DNA of 63,955 nt, counting the filler, from Octopus bimaculoides (taxonomy: Eukaryota): NCBI RefSeq assembly GCF_001194135.2. It is 5 parts of 5 records of this genome, joined end to end, with 100 filler letters (N's around TTAATTAATTAA, not from the genome) between each part and the next. Parts side by side here need not be neighbours in the genome. Positions count along the whole stretch, not along the records: positions 23,761 to 48,787 come from NC_069004.1; positions 48,888 to 53,156 come from NC_068983.1; positions 53,257 to 61,738 come from NC_068991.1; 2 more parts are not named here. The stretch is one strand, 5' to 3'. Below, in pieces: positions 39,897-53,627 of the stretch (its first letter is position 1; each line of letters begins with the position of its first letter). The notes beneath the pieces are model-generated. The model made no database searches. It worked only from the letters and a program-made list of their open reading frames with translations, and was not told the origin of the DNA. Both the position numbers and the translations under genes were made by a program.

Positions 39897-40284
39897 NNNN
39901 NNNNNNNNNNNNNNNNNNNNNNNNNNNNNNNNNNNNNNNNNNNNNNNNNNNNNNNNNNNNNNNNNNNNNNNNNNNNNNNNNNNNNNNNNNNNNNNNNNNN
40001 NNNNNNNNNNNNNNNNNNNNNNNNNNNNNNNNNNNNNNNNNNNNNNNNNNNNNNNNNNNNNNNNNNNNNNNNNNNNNNNNNNNNNNNNNNNNNNNNNNNN
40101 NNNNNNNNNNNNNNNNNNNNNNNNNNNNNNNNNNNNNNNNNNNNNNNNNNNNNNNNNNNNNNNNNNNNNNNNNNNNNNNNNNNNNNNNNNNNNNNNNNNN
40201 NNNNNNNNNNNNNNNNNNNNNNNNNNNNNNNNNNNNNNNNNNNNNNNNNNNNNNNNNNNNNNNNNNNNNNNNNNNNNNNNNNNN

Positions 40285-40318
<34 letters not shown>

Positions 40319-43300
40319 GATATATATATATATACATATATATATTTATAAATGTATCTATGTATATCTATATGTATGCATATATATATATGGTTATGTA
40401 TGTATGACTATATGTATTAGTACAAGCAATGGGCATAAATCCCACCTACCTATCTTGATATATATTTACACAAGAGTACAAAAATATTCCATAATGTTAT
40501 AAATAACAGAAATTATCGGATTTTTGTCATGTTTGATGATATATTTGGCAGATTCTTGCCATGGATTATAGTTCCATATATTTAATACTGTAAATGAACA
40601 GCCCACATGATCAGAAGTATGTGAAAACGCTGGAGTGGAACTGAAAGAAGTGGCCGGAAAATGTGGGTGACTGTGATAGATAGATAAATATATAGTTAAT
40701 ATTAATCAAAGCGATATATAGACAAACATATGCGTATAGAAAAAGATATACAACGTTTGTACGATTTTAGGCATATGGTTCACGACGGAGTCACTAAGCA
40801 TGCTAGATGTAATAGCCGAAACTCTTTGAATGAATATAATTGACGGTTGAGTGTGCTTTAATACGCATGGCTGTGTGGTAAGTAGCTTGCTTTTCAACGA
40901 CATCGTTTCGAGTTCAGTTCCACCGCGTAGCATCTTGAGCAAATGTTTTTTGCAATGGCTTCGGCCGAACCGAAGGCTTGTGAGTACATTAGGCAGACTG
41001 ATTTGGTAAGCGGAAACTGAAGGAAGTCCTTAGCATATATGTGTGTGTGTGTGTGTCGTTAATTAATTTTTATTTCAATATTTCAAATCTAGACCCCCGT
41101 GTTCACCAATAATTCAAGATACCGGGAATGTGTGAGTTTCTCAGCAACGGATTTTTATTTCGTGATTTTTTGTTTCTTTTCCTGGTTATTTCGCATTCTT
41201 TCAACGAATCTGACATCTAAATCACGCGTAAATGGCTCTTTTCGCCAGAAGAGGAAATATTTGCCCCCCCCCCACCGTCACTACCAGTTTACTTCCTCTT
41301 GTGGGTGTGTTTACATCCCAGTTAGTCAGTTATTCAGTAAAAGGAATCGATTAAATACGTACCAGGTTTTACAAATGAATAATGATTATTAAGGTCGATT
41401 TGCTCGACTAAAATTGTTCAAAGCGGTGTCTTATCATGGCTGCAGTCCAATGACTGCAACAAGAAAGAAATAAAAAGATATCCCATGCCCAAGAAGAAGC
41501 CAATACCGTCTGGGGAGGAACGGTAGTCTCTCCATGGCATTGTAGTCTGTTGTACGAAGATTTTCGTTCCTCTAACTAAATACGTATCATATTTTTTTTA
41601 TATCTCGTAAAATATTTTGTAGCATCCTTATGCCAATGACGACATGGAGTGGTTCTCTTTCATTTCGTGTTTTACCATTAATTAATTGGTTAGTCATTTT
41701 CGCAACTAATTAATCGATTGTTTGATTAATAGTTTAGTTACTCAATCAATCATCTACGTTTGTCGTCGCCGTTCGTGAACACATCAATGGCATCTCTACT
41801 CTAGGTCTGTTTCAGGTCTTTCGAAAAGACTTTGAACATTTTAGCTGTTTGCTTATGTACTTGCTTGCTTGATTGTTTGATTGACAGGGTGATTAGTCAA
41901 ACAATCGATATGTTAATTATTTACATTGCTAATCAAATGACTATGAATCATAAAAGGAGTCAAATAAAACCAGTGTGTGTTTTGATTATTGGTGTAATGA
42001 TCTTCCCGAGAATATCAGTTCCAACACACGAGTTGACATCAAGTATTTTTCAAGCCAAAAACAAAATCAAAATGCATGGCATGTAACTTGTCAATCAGGG
42101 TTGTCTGTGAGTAACACAACTACGTATAGGAGTAAAGGAGTGACTACGGGTATAAAATGTATGAAGAAAACTGAGTAGTAATTCTTACTACTCTAGGCAC
42201 AAGGCCCGAAATGTTGGGGGGAGGGGTCAGTCGATTAGATCGATCCCACTACGCAACTGGTACTTAATTTATCGACCCCTAAAGGATGAAAGGCAAAGTC
42301 GACCTCGGCGGAATTTGAAATGATGTCTGATAATTAATGAAGAACTAAAGAACGAGATGACACTACTAGTGAAACTTCGAACTCACTGTTAGTAAAATCA
42401 TTACTATCTATAATAACGTTTGAGTCTATACTCGTAGTGAGTGTTCTCATTGAATTTTTTTACAGATTTTTATGACTATTTCATTTTTATTTTATAATTA
42501 TATAATCATTATTAAACTGTAAACATAGGCCAAGGATATCTTGATTTAATGAAGTTTACATTGTCGTAAAGATATACATGTTAACGCACGAACATTTGAT
42601 ATGACAATGTAAACTTCATTTAATCAAGATACCCTTGGCTTGAAGAGTAGCCTGCGGTATAAACCTCACCTGAATATTTGCCACTTCCGAGGTTCTACTA
42701 GCTATGCTCTATATAGCCCGGATCTTATCTGCTTCATTCCTTAAATCCGGTATTCTTATTCGCATACCTGGCAAACCTGACTGCCTGCCGTGGAATATTA
42801 AATAATTTCTTTCAGCTTATCGTACTCCGATACAAAAAGATCCAAAAACCTTCCGCCTCAATAAATTACTACTCTTCCTGAAAATTGTTTTTTATATTTT
42901 CTACGGCTTGCTTGAAGCTCACCTGGGTTTAACTAAATATATTGATAGAAAGCCCCTCGATATATATGTATATATGTTTAGCCCCTTGTGGGCAATAACG
43001 AAATAGATATATATGTATAATGAGTCTCATAAAAGTTAACACTTGTTCTTACAGACATAACTATTAATCTTTTAATTTGCATTACTTTTCCAATTGTAAA
43101 GATTAAACAAGAGAGACAGAGACAGGCAGAAGCAAGGAAAATGCCCCATTGTACTTCAATACTATGCAAATATTATTCTTTTAAAATACTTTTCATTTAA
43201 TTTTTTCCAAAATATAATTGTTTTCCATACTTACAGTTGAAAAAGTCTCAATGATCGAAACGGGTACTGAATGTTTTTTATAAAATTATTTTAGCATTTT

Positions 43301-43320
43301 CTACAGTGATTTTTTCCCCC

Positions 43321-43359
<39 letters not shown>

Positions 43360-43768
43360 GTAATATTCTTTTATTCTTTTATTCGTTTCATTCATTTGCC
43401 TGCGGCCATACTGGAGCACCACATTTGGTCGAACAAATCGACTCCTGGACAAGTCTAGTACTTGTACTATCGGTCCCTTTTGCCGAGCCGCTAAGTTACG
43501 GGGATGTAAACACACCAATATCGGTTGCCAAGCGATGATGGAGCAACAAACACAGACACACAAAACATATATATATATATATATATACACACATACGAGC
43601 GGCTTCTTTCAGTTTCTTAGTACCAAATCCACTGAAGGCTCTGGTCGGCTCGAGGCTATAGCAGAAGACACTTGACCTAGGTGCCATGCAGACGGATTGA
43701 ACCCGGAACCATATGGCTGAGAAGCAAGCTCCTTACCACACAGCTACGCTTCCTCCTATGTGTGTGTG

Positions 43769-43865
<97 letters not shown>

Positions 43866-44392
43866 CGTTTGTAAAACTCTCTAATGTCATATGCAAATTG
43901 CAACACCTGGCAAATATGACGAATACGTTATTATCTCCCTTGCACTACCTGCCACCGACCACTTTGTTTTATTCAAAATTATAAAATAGGAAGATAAACT
44001 AAATTTCCACTGCTGCCATTCATTCTGCAACTCTTGGAGCATGCGTCGGTTCCGCTCTCGCAAACATTTTTCTGGATACGTCTATGCAAGTCCGTGTTTA
44101 TAATTCCAATGGATTCCATGGAGAATTTTATATTAAAAGCTATCACATGTCATAGAAATATTTCTATTTATTTGTTGTAGCGATTCCGTCTGTCTATTTA
44201 TTGTCTTTGTTTGTTGAGAAGCGTAGAGAAACATCAAAGCTGGGTAGAGATGTTCCAGGCAATTCAATCTGTCGAATTACATTTCAAAATGGATAAAATT
44301 ACAAAAAATTACATTTTCTCCCTCTCGCCCACCTTCTTTCAGTCTCTCTTTTCCTCATTCCTTCACACACTATCTCTCTCTCTCTCCTCTAT

Positions 44393-44434
<42 letters not shown>

Positions 44435-45026
44435 NNNNNNNNNNNNNNNNNNNNNNNNNNNNNNNNNNNNNNNNNNNNNNNNNNNNNNNNNNNNNNNNNN
44501 NNNNNNNNNNNNNNNNNNNNNNNNNNNNNNNNNNNNNNNNNNNNNNNNNNNNNNNNNNNNNNNNNNNNNNNNNNNNNNNNNNNNNNNNNNNNNNNNNNNN
44601 NNNNNNNNNNNNNNNNNNNNNNNNNNNNNNNNNNNNNNNNNNNNNNNNNNNNNNNNNNNNNNNNNNNNNNNNNNNNNNNNNNNNNNNNNNNNNNNNNNNN
44701 NNNNNNNNNNNNNNNNNNNNNNNNNNNNNNNNNNNNNNNNNNNNNNNNNNNNNNNNNNNNNNNNNNNNNNNNNNNNNNNNNNNNNNNNNNNNNNNNNNNN
44801 NNNNNNNNNNNNNNNNNNNNNNNNNNNNNNNNNNNNNNNNNNNNNNNNNNNNNNNNNNNNNNNNNNNNNNNNNNNNNNNNNNNNNNNNNNNNNNNNNNNN
44901 NNNNNNNNNNNNNNNNNNNNNNNNNNNNNNNNNNNNNNNNNNNNNNNNNNNNNNNNNNNNNNNNNNNNNNNNNNNNNNNNNNNNNNNNNNNNNNNNNNNN
45001 NNNNNNNNNNNNNNNNNNNNNNNNNN

Positions 45027-45063
<37 letters not shown>

Positions 45064-45800
45064 TATATGTATGTATGTATGTATATATGTATTTATGTAC
45101 ATAAATACGTGAGTACAAACTACAAGTAACATACATGCATTCAAGCATGCGTAGACGCATACATACATATACACATACATCCACACATACATACATACAT
45201 ACATACATACATACATACATACATACATACATACATACATACATAATTTCTTTCAATGCCTGAAATAAGCTTTCTATTCCGAGCTAATTGCTGATACCGG
45301 ATTTCAAAGACTCTTGAAAACCATCCAAATCACACACCCCGAAGTGAAACACGCAGTATTATTTAAATTACAAGGAATTTAAATATATTCTTACTTGAAC
45401 ACATATGTCCTAGCGGCTAGAGCGTTATACTAACGATAGTGTGATCGTGTGTTCGATTCCCGGACCAAGTAGCGCAGTGTGTTCTTGAGTAGAACAATTC
45501 AGATTGGGGGCGTTGGTCTACGAAGTTGTGAATGGGTAGCGCTGTGTCGGACAAGACTTCCGATCGGGTCGCTGGTCTACTCACCTAGCTGACGAGGCGG
45601 CGTCGCTGGAGAGCTGAAACGATGCAAAGCACATTGTGGTCAGTGATGTATAGCATATTCGATGTTCTGATCAATCAGGTGACCACGTCATGAAGATATA
45701 TATATAGAGAGAGATAGATAATTAAATTAAAACAGTAGGGTAAAAAATTGGATATTAATTAATATCAATTTAATAGATAGACAGATAAATAAACAGATAT

Positions 45801-45858
<58 letters not shown>

Positions 45859-46267
45859 CGATAGATATACAGATAGTTATATATATANNNNNNNNNNNNN
45901 NNNNNNNNNNNNNNNNNNNNNNNNNNNNNNNNNNNNNNNNNNNNNNNNNNNNNNNNNNNNNNNNNNNNNNNNNNNNNNNNNNNNNNNNNNNNNNNNNNNN
46001 NNNNNNNNNNNNNNNNNNNNNNNNNNNNNNNNNNNNNNNNNNNNNNNNNNNNNNNNNNNNNNNNNNNNNNNNNNNNNNNNNNNNNNNNNNNNNNNNNNNN
46101 NNNNNNNNNNNNNNNNNNNNNNNNNNNNNNNNNNNNNNNNNNNNNNNNNNNNNNNNNNNNNNNNNNNNNNNNNNNNNNNNNNNNNNNNNNNNNNNNNNNN
46201 NNNNNNNNNNNNNNNNNNNNNNNNNNNNNNNNNNNNNNNNNNNNNNNNNNNNNNNNNNNNNNNNNNN

Positions 46268-46314
<47 letters not shown>

Positions 46315-49300
46315 GAGAATATACAAATAATAACAACAGACGAGGACAGGTGGTGTAAATAACAAAAGTATATATTAGTATGACGCTCGGGATATATATA
46401 TAGACAGATAGATGATCAAAATAAGAAGAGGAAGACGAACATAGCGCATCTTCTTTAGTAGTTACAATTCTTTCGGTACCACTCTATTTCTAAAACCACA
46501 GCACATAAATGATGTCATTTGAAAAGTAACGCAATAAAACCTGTTGAACATATTGGCGTTGCACTTCATAAGAATAACATAATATAAGATGCCATAAGTT
46601 CAATAAGTAGTTTGTCGAAGGGCTGGCTTATTGACTCGGCTGTTGGACTCCTGATCATAAGATTGTAGTTTCGATTTCTGGGCAGGACGACGCGTTGTGT
46701 TTTTCATTTTACCTTGCTCCACTTCACTCAGCTTTCAAAAATGTGTAATCTTGCGATGGCCTAGCATCCCATCCAGGTGGGGAATTTGTACGCCATGGGA
46801 ACCGGGAAACCGGTCCTGTGGATCTATATGCCTGTGGAAGGTTCTGTACTTAAATGTTATTAGTTATGGGATCACAACTACACAAAGACTGGATATTGTT
46901 GTTTTTGAAAAATTCCTGTGCGACAGCAACAATCTTTAGACGAACAATATATAGTTTTATTCTTTTGCTTCTATCATTCTATTAGTTGTGTCAGTCATTT
47001 GACTGCATCCAAGCTGGAGCACCGCCTTGAATGGTTTTTAGTGTAACAAATCGACCCGAGGACATATTTCCTAATGTCTAGTACTTACTGTATCTGAATC
47101 TAATGTCGAACCGCTAGATTACGGGGAGGCAAACACACCAACAACGGTTGTCAAGCGGTGATGGGGAGACAAACACTGAGGCAAAGACACACACACACAC
47201 ACACGTATATATNNNNNNNNNNNNNNNNNNNNNNNNNNNNNNNNNNNNNNNNNNNNNNNNNNNNNNNNNNNNNNNNNNNNNNNNNNNNNNNNNNNNNNNN
47301 NNNNNNNNNNNNNNNNNNNNNNNNNNNNNNNNNNNNNNNNNNNNNNNNNNNNNNNNNNNNNNNNNNNNNNNNNNNNNNNNNNNNNNNNNNNNNNNNNNNN
47401 NNNNNNNNNNNNNNNNNNNNNNNNNNNNNNNNNNNNNNNNNNNNNNNNNNNNNNNNNNNNNNNNNNNNNNNNNNNNNNNNNNNNNNNNNNNNNNNNNNNN
47501 NNNNNNNNNNNNNNNNNNNNNNNNNNNNNNNNNNNNNNNNNNNNNNNNNNNNNNNNNNNNNNNNNNNNNNNNNNNNNNNNNNNNNNNNNNNNNNNNNNNN
47601 NNNNNNNNNNNNNNNNNNNNNNNNNNNNNNNNNNNNNNNNNNNNNNNNNNNNNNNNNNNNNNNNNNNNNNNNNNNNNNNNNNNNNNNNNNNNNNNNNNNN
47701 NNNNNNNNNNNNNNNNNNNNNNNNNNNNNNNNNNNNNNNNNNNNNNNNNNNNNNNNNNNNNNNNNNNNNNNNNNNNNNNNNNNNNNNNNNNNNNNNNNNN
47801 NNNNNNNNNNNNNNNNNNNNNNNNNNNNNNNNNNNNNNNNNNNNNNNNNNNNNNNNNNNNNNNNNNNNNNNNNNNNNNNNNNNNNNNNNNNNNNNNNNNN
47901 NNNNNNNNNNNNNNNNNNNNNNNNNNNNNNNNNNNNNNNNNNNNNNNNNNNNNNNNNNNNNNNNNNNNNNNNNNNNNNNTATATATATAAGTACACATAT
48001 GTATACACACAGACACAGACAAACACACACATATACGTCCATATATAATGCATGTAACTATTTATGCATATGCAAACATACATGCATATACATATATATA
48101 TACTGATTTTTATATACTTTTATATTCACATACATATTTATATGCACATGTTTGTGTATATGTGTGTATATTATATATGCATGAACTCATATAAATAAAT
48201 TCACACACACACATATATATATGTACATATATATATTATGCATTTATGTATGCATCTATGTATATATAAATATGCGTGTGTATACATATATGTATATATA
48301 TATNNNNNNNNNNCTCACAACTCTTAGTTCGGCCCGAGATTATAGTAGAAGAGACTTGCCCAAGGTGACACACAGTGGGACTGAACACGAACCCATGTGG
48401 TTGAGAAGCAAGCTGCTTACCCCACAGCCACGCCTGCACCTAGATTTGTTTAGATTTTTTTTTTTTTTTTTTTTNNNNNNNNNNNNNNNNNNNNNNNNNN
48501 NNNNNNNNNNNNNNNNNNNNNNTGTCAGATATATTGGTGGTAAAAGACATCAGATCAGATTTGGTAACTTCTGCTATTTTTGACATTCGAGTCTCTCAGT
48601 GAAGGAGATATACTTAAATTCCTGTGTATATGTGTGTGTGTGTCTGTGTTGCATGGTGTGCGTATGTATATATATATATGTGCATTTATGTGTGTATATC
48701 AGCCTATTCTATTGTATTCATGTACAGATGTACAGTAATGTAATACATAGATGAAGATATATTTTGTTTATATATATATATATATATNNNNNNNNNNNNN
48801 NNNNNNNNNNNNNNNNNNNNNNNNNNNNNNNTTAATTAATTAANNNNNNNNNNNNNNNNNNNNNNNNNNNNNNNNNNNNNNNNNNNNTGTACTGTCTACC
48901 ACAATGTCGTGCGCCAACAACCCCACCACCAGGGACACACCAATATCAACACACTCGGTTTTATCGACTCTGTTAGAGTGGATGCTTCCACTCACGATCA
49001 ACAGACCAAATTTCCTTGTGTAACTTTTATAGAATATTCCGTACCAGGTAACCGGTCACAACTAGCATCCGACGCTCAACTATAGCTCTGCCAACTGACC
49101 ACGACTTCCTGAGTACAGACATTCTATCTCCTTGTGGAATTTTAATACGAACTGGTTTTCTCTATCTCAGTGTTTTGGGACTTTTCGCAGTCTATACTAC
49201 AGACACTTTTACTATGTTCTGTGTTTTTTCTCACACACACACTTGTGCACTCATATTTTCTTTCCTTTCAGAAAGGACAAAAAAAATCAGAGTTTTACAT

Positions 49301-49529
49301 CGCGTGGTTCCAGTTTCTTGGACGGTTGTCATCACGGTTGTTTTGTCATTTTCATTTCATCTGTACATTGCATGCATGTATCTCACAAGTGTACATTCAT
49401 TTCTTTGATTTTTCTTTGTGTGTGTTTGTACCACATCTTGTGGGTGGTTTCGGTGGCCATCCTGCCTCAGGCGTTCCAACAGATTTCATATTATCATGTG
49501 TTTCCGCACTGGCAAGGGAGCCCTGTAGT

Positions 49530-49570
49530 AACGCTGTGCGCATGCGTAGTCTCACGCATGCGTGGAATTC
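49530..49570. promoter_or_regulatory. Candidate housekeeping-type promoter with two NRF1-like GCGCATGCG motifs
   Basis: TGCGCATGCGT at 49537-49547 and palindromic CACGCATGCGTG at 49553-49564 in a non-repetitive CpG-retaining patch; CpG depletion begins just downstream. Confidence 0.45.
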
Positions 49571-50254
49571 AACAACCAAGCGTTCCCGCTTCTATTCTGT
49601 CTCTTTCTTGCTGGCCAGCGATTGAGCATGGACGTGTTTAGCTGTCTCTCTCCATCTTTCGAACTTACGCTAGACGGCTCGCTTACATCTACATACCAAC
49701 GTCCCAACAACCATGCTCACACACACAGAAGCTGTAACAACAAACAAGAGCTAAAGATGTATATATATTCCACCTTAAATAAATGTTGTTGTGTTGATAG
49801 TCTGGAGTTTAGCGTTCCTTTAATTTCTAATTTTATATAGGAAAGTCAGGTATACATCTAATGATGTATAACCCACTTTCCTATAATCTCAAAGCTATGA
49901 GAATTCAGTAATTTGATTTGTTTATTTATTTAGAGATTTCATAGAACAGTCAGATACAGTTAGATTTGGCCAGTTTGAACAAATAAAGGGAATTAATTTT
50001 GTCCGATTTTGGCCGGTTTGAACACTAAAGGGTCAACAAACCTATAACAAACTTGATAATAAAAGGCAGACTCTCTTCAATAAGATATGCAGATTATTGT
50101 TACCTTGCAGACTTTGAAAAAACGCATAGCAAGAGTGTTTGCTTCCTCAGCCGTTTGACTCCCCTTACCCTTGTTTCTTTTTATTCTTTGTATTGGAACC
50201 CAGGACTCCCGAAAGTATAAATCATCTTTAATAAATGAGTAAACAAATGTTTAT

Positions 50255-50520
50255 CAAATCATCATCATCATCATTTAACGTCCGTTGTCCATGCTGGCAT
50301 GGGTTGGATGGTTTGACCAGGGCTGGCAAGCTGGAAGGCTGCACCAGACTCCAGCCTGATTTGGCATGGTTTCTATGGCTGGATGCTCTTCCTGATGCCC
50401 ACCATTCCAAGAGTGTAATGGGTGCTATTACATGCCACCGGCACAGGTGCCATTTGCATGATACCGGTATCTGTCACGACTGTGATTTTACTTGGCTTGA
50501 TGGGTCTTCTTAAGCATGGC
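50255..50520 (+). mobile_element. Interspersed repeat family D with a (CAT)n end (other copies ~57190-57380, 58510-58645, 59995-60290)
   Basis: Recurrent (CAT)n-TTTAACGTCCG..TCCATGCTGGCATGGG and GGATGC.CTTCC motifs; probably a SINE or LINE 3' end read in antisense. Confidence 0.6.
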
Positions 50521-52304
50521 ATAATGCCAAAATATATAATATAAAAAAATTGCTCAACAATAAACCTCGTTTTTCAACCCAAGGTAAGCTGTTAATGTTT
50601 CATAATAAAAGGTTTAAAAACTAGTTTACTCAAACTCTCTCTCTCCCTCTTTCTCTCTCTCTCTCTATCTGTTTACTTACTTACCATCTTCCAATGTTAC
50701 CCATCTATCCTGAATAGCAAAGGATCACTTGCCCAAGTAGCAAAAGATTTCATCAGATCTGTTAGTATCAGATACACATCTCCATTTATCCTCCTCCCAG
50801 CACACCTTCTTCCCCATGCTACTCCTTACAGGCAACCATCACTTTCTTACCATTTCCTGTTTCCACAACTATTCATCATTCATGCTGTCTTTTACCAGTT
50901 AACATTACCCCTCCACTATTGCTAGTCATCACTCACTCTCCCCTAGCTTATTTGCTATTGACATTCATCACACTCTCAGCTCATTGACTGTTTCTATGAC
51001 TATCCATCATTTACTCTATCTCCCACACTCTCTCTCTCCCTCCCTCCCCCTCTCTCTATCGTTTCACTTTGCCATTGCTATCTCTCTATCCATTACTCTG
51101 TTAAGCAATGCCTCTCCTATTTCTCCCTCCCTATCTACACTATCACTCCAATCACTCTTTCTTCATCATACCAACTTCTTTCTCCCTCTCACCCTAGTTA
51201 ATCTTCCATTCTGTCTCTTTTATTCACTCTATTGGTCACATTGCCCTGAATGAACAGGGAAAACATAGCAGAGTGAGGATTCTTTCGTCTTGTTGGATAC
51301 AAGATAACCTCATTAATACTGTTGCTATGATAAAATAAATGCTTAGAGTATATTCTGTAAAGAGGTTAGAAACAAAAGAGTGGTAACTTAGAGTCAAGAG
51401 GAACTTCTAATCTTGTCTTGGTAAGAGCATGGCAATTTCTCTAATGGTGACATCGTTAAAAAATGCACCTTGTATAGTCTTTAAAGTCACAAGTTTTTGG
51501 AAAGGGTATCCAACCATAGAAACCAAGTTAAAAATAGAACACAAGAGCACAAGACAAGATCTTCCAGTTAATTTAGGAGGACAGTAACTAAAATAAAACT
51601 GGGCAGGATTCTGGTTTAAGAACCCTATATAACCCTTTGTAACTTTTATGTTTTAGAATTTTCACAAAATTTTTATGAATTTGTCTTCTATATATGGGAA
51701 TTCATACAATTATGCAAAAAAAAAATACATGTGTGTGTGTGATTTAAGGGTGATTTAGCTGTTGTTTTTAGCAAATCTCAAACCACTTGATACTCTTCTT
51801 GTTTCTTTGTCATTCTGTCATGTATTGATGTTTTTCACTATTTTTCTCCCTATAAATACATTTAATGGAATGATGATGCACCCAAGGATGGTCCATTGCT
51901 GGGATTCAAACAAAAAATCCACACTGTCAATATTTTAAAGTTTGATTTTAAATTTTTTAAAAATCAAAAACAAGTGGAAATTTTATGATTTTTATGAAGG
52001 AATGGTTAAAAAATTGAAAACAAAAGATTTTTTTTTTATATATGAATTCCTGTGTTTAAAAAACAAATTTTCAAAACTTTTCTGAAAACTCTAAAAAAAT
52101 TAAAAAGTTATGAGGGGTTATATAATGTAAAAGGATTATGATGATACTCACACTCAAAGTATATCATAAACATGAAAACTCATTTACACTTAAAAGCATT
52201 TGCTCATAATTTTGAACTGTTCACCAATGGAACAGTACTCCTTTACAATGTAAAATAACCTAAAATATTTCTTGATTAAATCACAGGTATTTAGTTTCAA
52301 AGGT

Positions 52305-52625
52305 TGAACTGGCACTCCATTGGTTACAACAAGTGTTCCAGTTGATTTGCCCAATGGAACAATCTGTTCATGAAATTAATGTGCAAGTGGCTGAGTACTC
52401 CACAAACACGTGTACCTTTAATGTAGTTCTCAAGGAGATTCAGTATGACACAGAATGTGACATGGTTGAACCTTTGAAATACAGGAACAACTCATTTTAA
52501 TCAGCTGAGTGAACTGGAGTAACTTGAAATAATGTATGTTGCTCAAGGACACAACACAACACCAGGAATCGAACTAACAACATTATGATCATGAGCCAAA
52601 TTCCCTAACTACTAGGCCACATGCC
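52305..52625 (-). mobile_element. SINE family C, tRNA head plus CORE-like central domain (related pieces ~21535-21830, 45400-45690, 46620-46830, 57395-57560)
   Basis: Head GGCATGTGGCCTAGTAGTTAGG...GTTCGATTCC followed by GTGTCCTTGAGCAA...CCAGTTCACTCAGCTG; body shared with the 21.5-kb copy. Confidence 0.65.
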
Positions 52626-52775
52626 TTCACTTAAAAGGTTTAATGTGCGGGAAAAAACCCACTGCAAATCGACGTGTGTGTATGTGTGTGCATGTGTGCA
52701 TGCATGTTTGTATGTGTGCGTACATGTGTATGTATGAGTACTGTATACATACACATACATATATATATATGAGAT

Positions 52776-52812
<37 letters not shown>

Positions 52813-53060
52813 TTTTGTTTAAAAGAGTTCCAACACTGTCTGTTTTTTATGTTTTATTTATATTCCTGCAGAACTAATGTGGGGTATAGAATATGGAATA
52901 TACAATATATAATATAATATACAATATAAAATAAAATAAAATAAAAATGGATGGCACCATGAAAAAAAGTATTGAATGTAGATGAAATATTGAGTGTTCA
53001 ATATAAAGGATCAAATATATAAATATATAAATATAAATATATAAAGGTGACTCGAGTTTC

Positions 53061-53156
53061 AGGGCTTGGAAGAGATACCTGGACGATTGCTTCATAATCT
53101 GGACCAAACCTCAAAGCATTGTGGAAGAATTTAACACCCTCCTGAACAACCTACAC
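53061..53156 (+). pseudogene. Penelope-like reverse transcriptase fragment (YLDD motif), cut by a gap
   Basis: RAWKRYLDDCFIIWTKPQSIVEEFNTLLNNLH matches the PLE pattern WxRYxDDxFxIW...F...LN. Confidence 0.75.
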
Positions 53157-53360
53157 NNNNNNNNNNNNNNNNNNNNNNNNNNNNNNNNNNNNNNNNNNNN
53201 TTAATTAATTAANNNNNNNNNNNNNNNNNNNNNNNNNNNNNNNNNNNNNNNNNNNNAGCAGACCGCGTGCAGATATGAATAGCATATGGGAACCGGTATT
53301 GAGGAAGGATAGAAAAATAATAGATTTATAAGCCTTAAAATTCACCCCATAATTGCCCAC

Positions 53361-53627
53361 GGGCATATGGCGTAGTGGTTAAGAGCGCGGGCTACTAACC
53401 CCAAGGTTCCGAGTTCGATTCACGGCAGCGACCTGATTAATAATAATAATAATAATATAATAATAATAATAATAGTAACATCGATAGGAATGAGAACCCA
53501 GGTTCGAAATTTCCCCAAGACACCTGACGACGGCTGGAGGGTATATCAGCCGAAACGTTGTGTTAACAACAAACAAGATGAGGACGAATATCCGTCAAAT
53601 GTAGATAATGTAAATAATGTATATAAT
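53361..53627 (+). mobile_element. tRNA-headed SINE-like unit with internal (TAA)n and a hammerhead-bearing 3' part
   Basis: A box TGGCGTAGTGG (53368-53378), B box GTTCGATTC (53413-53421), (TAA)n spacer, hammerhead fold, terminal 3 x AATGTAnAT repeat (53598-53624). Confidence 0.7.
53519..53564 (+). ncRNA. Minimal type I hammerhead ribozyme (Penelope-type)
   Basis: Stem I GACAC/GTGTT; core CTGACGA; stem II GGCTG/CAGCC; GAAA; palindromic ACGT mini stem III; GUU cleavage triplet at 53557-53559. Activity untested. Confidence 0.7.

Noticed and set aside
45585-45630. CTGACGA...GAAAC hammerhead candidate (also 11569-11625 and 16864-16890)
   Set aside because: No NUH triplet with a pairing stem I, or no stem II.
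53361-53435. Functional tRNA gene
   Set aside because: A and B boxes are present but the acceptor stem does not pair and no T-run terminator follows; this and the other tRNA-like heads are SINE-derived.
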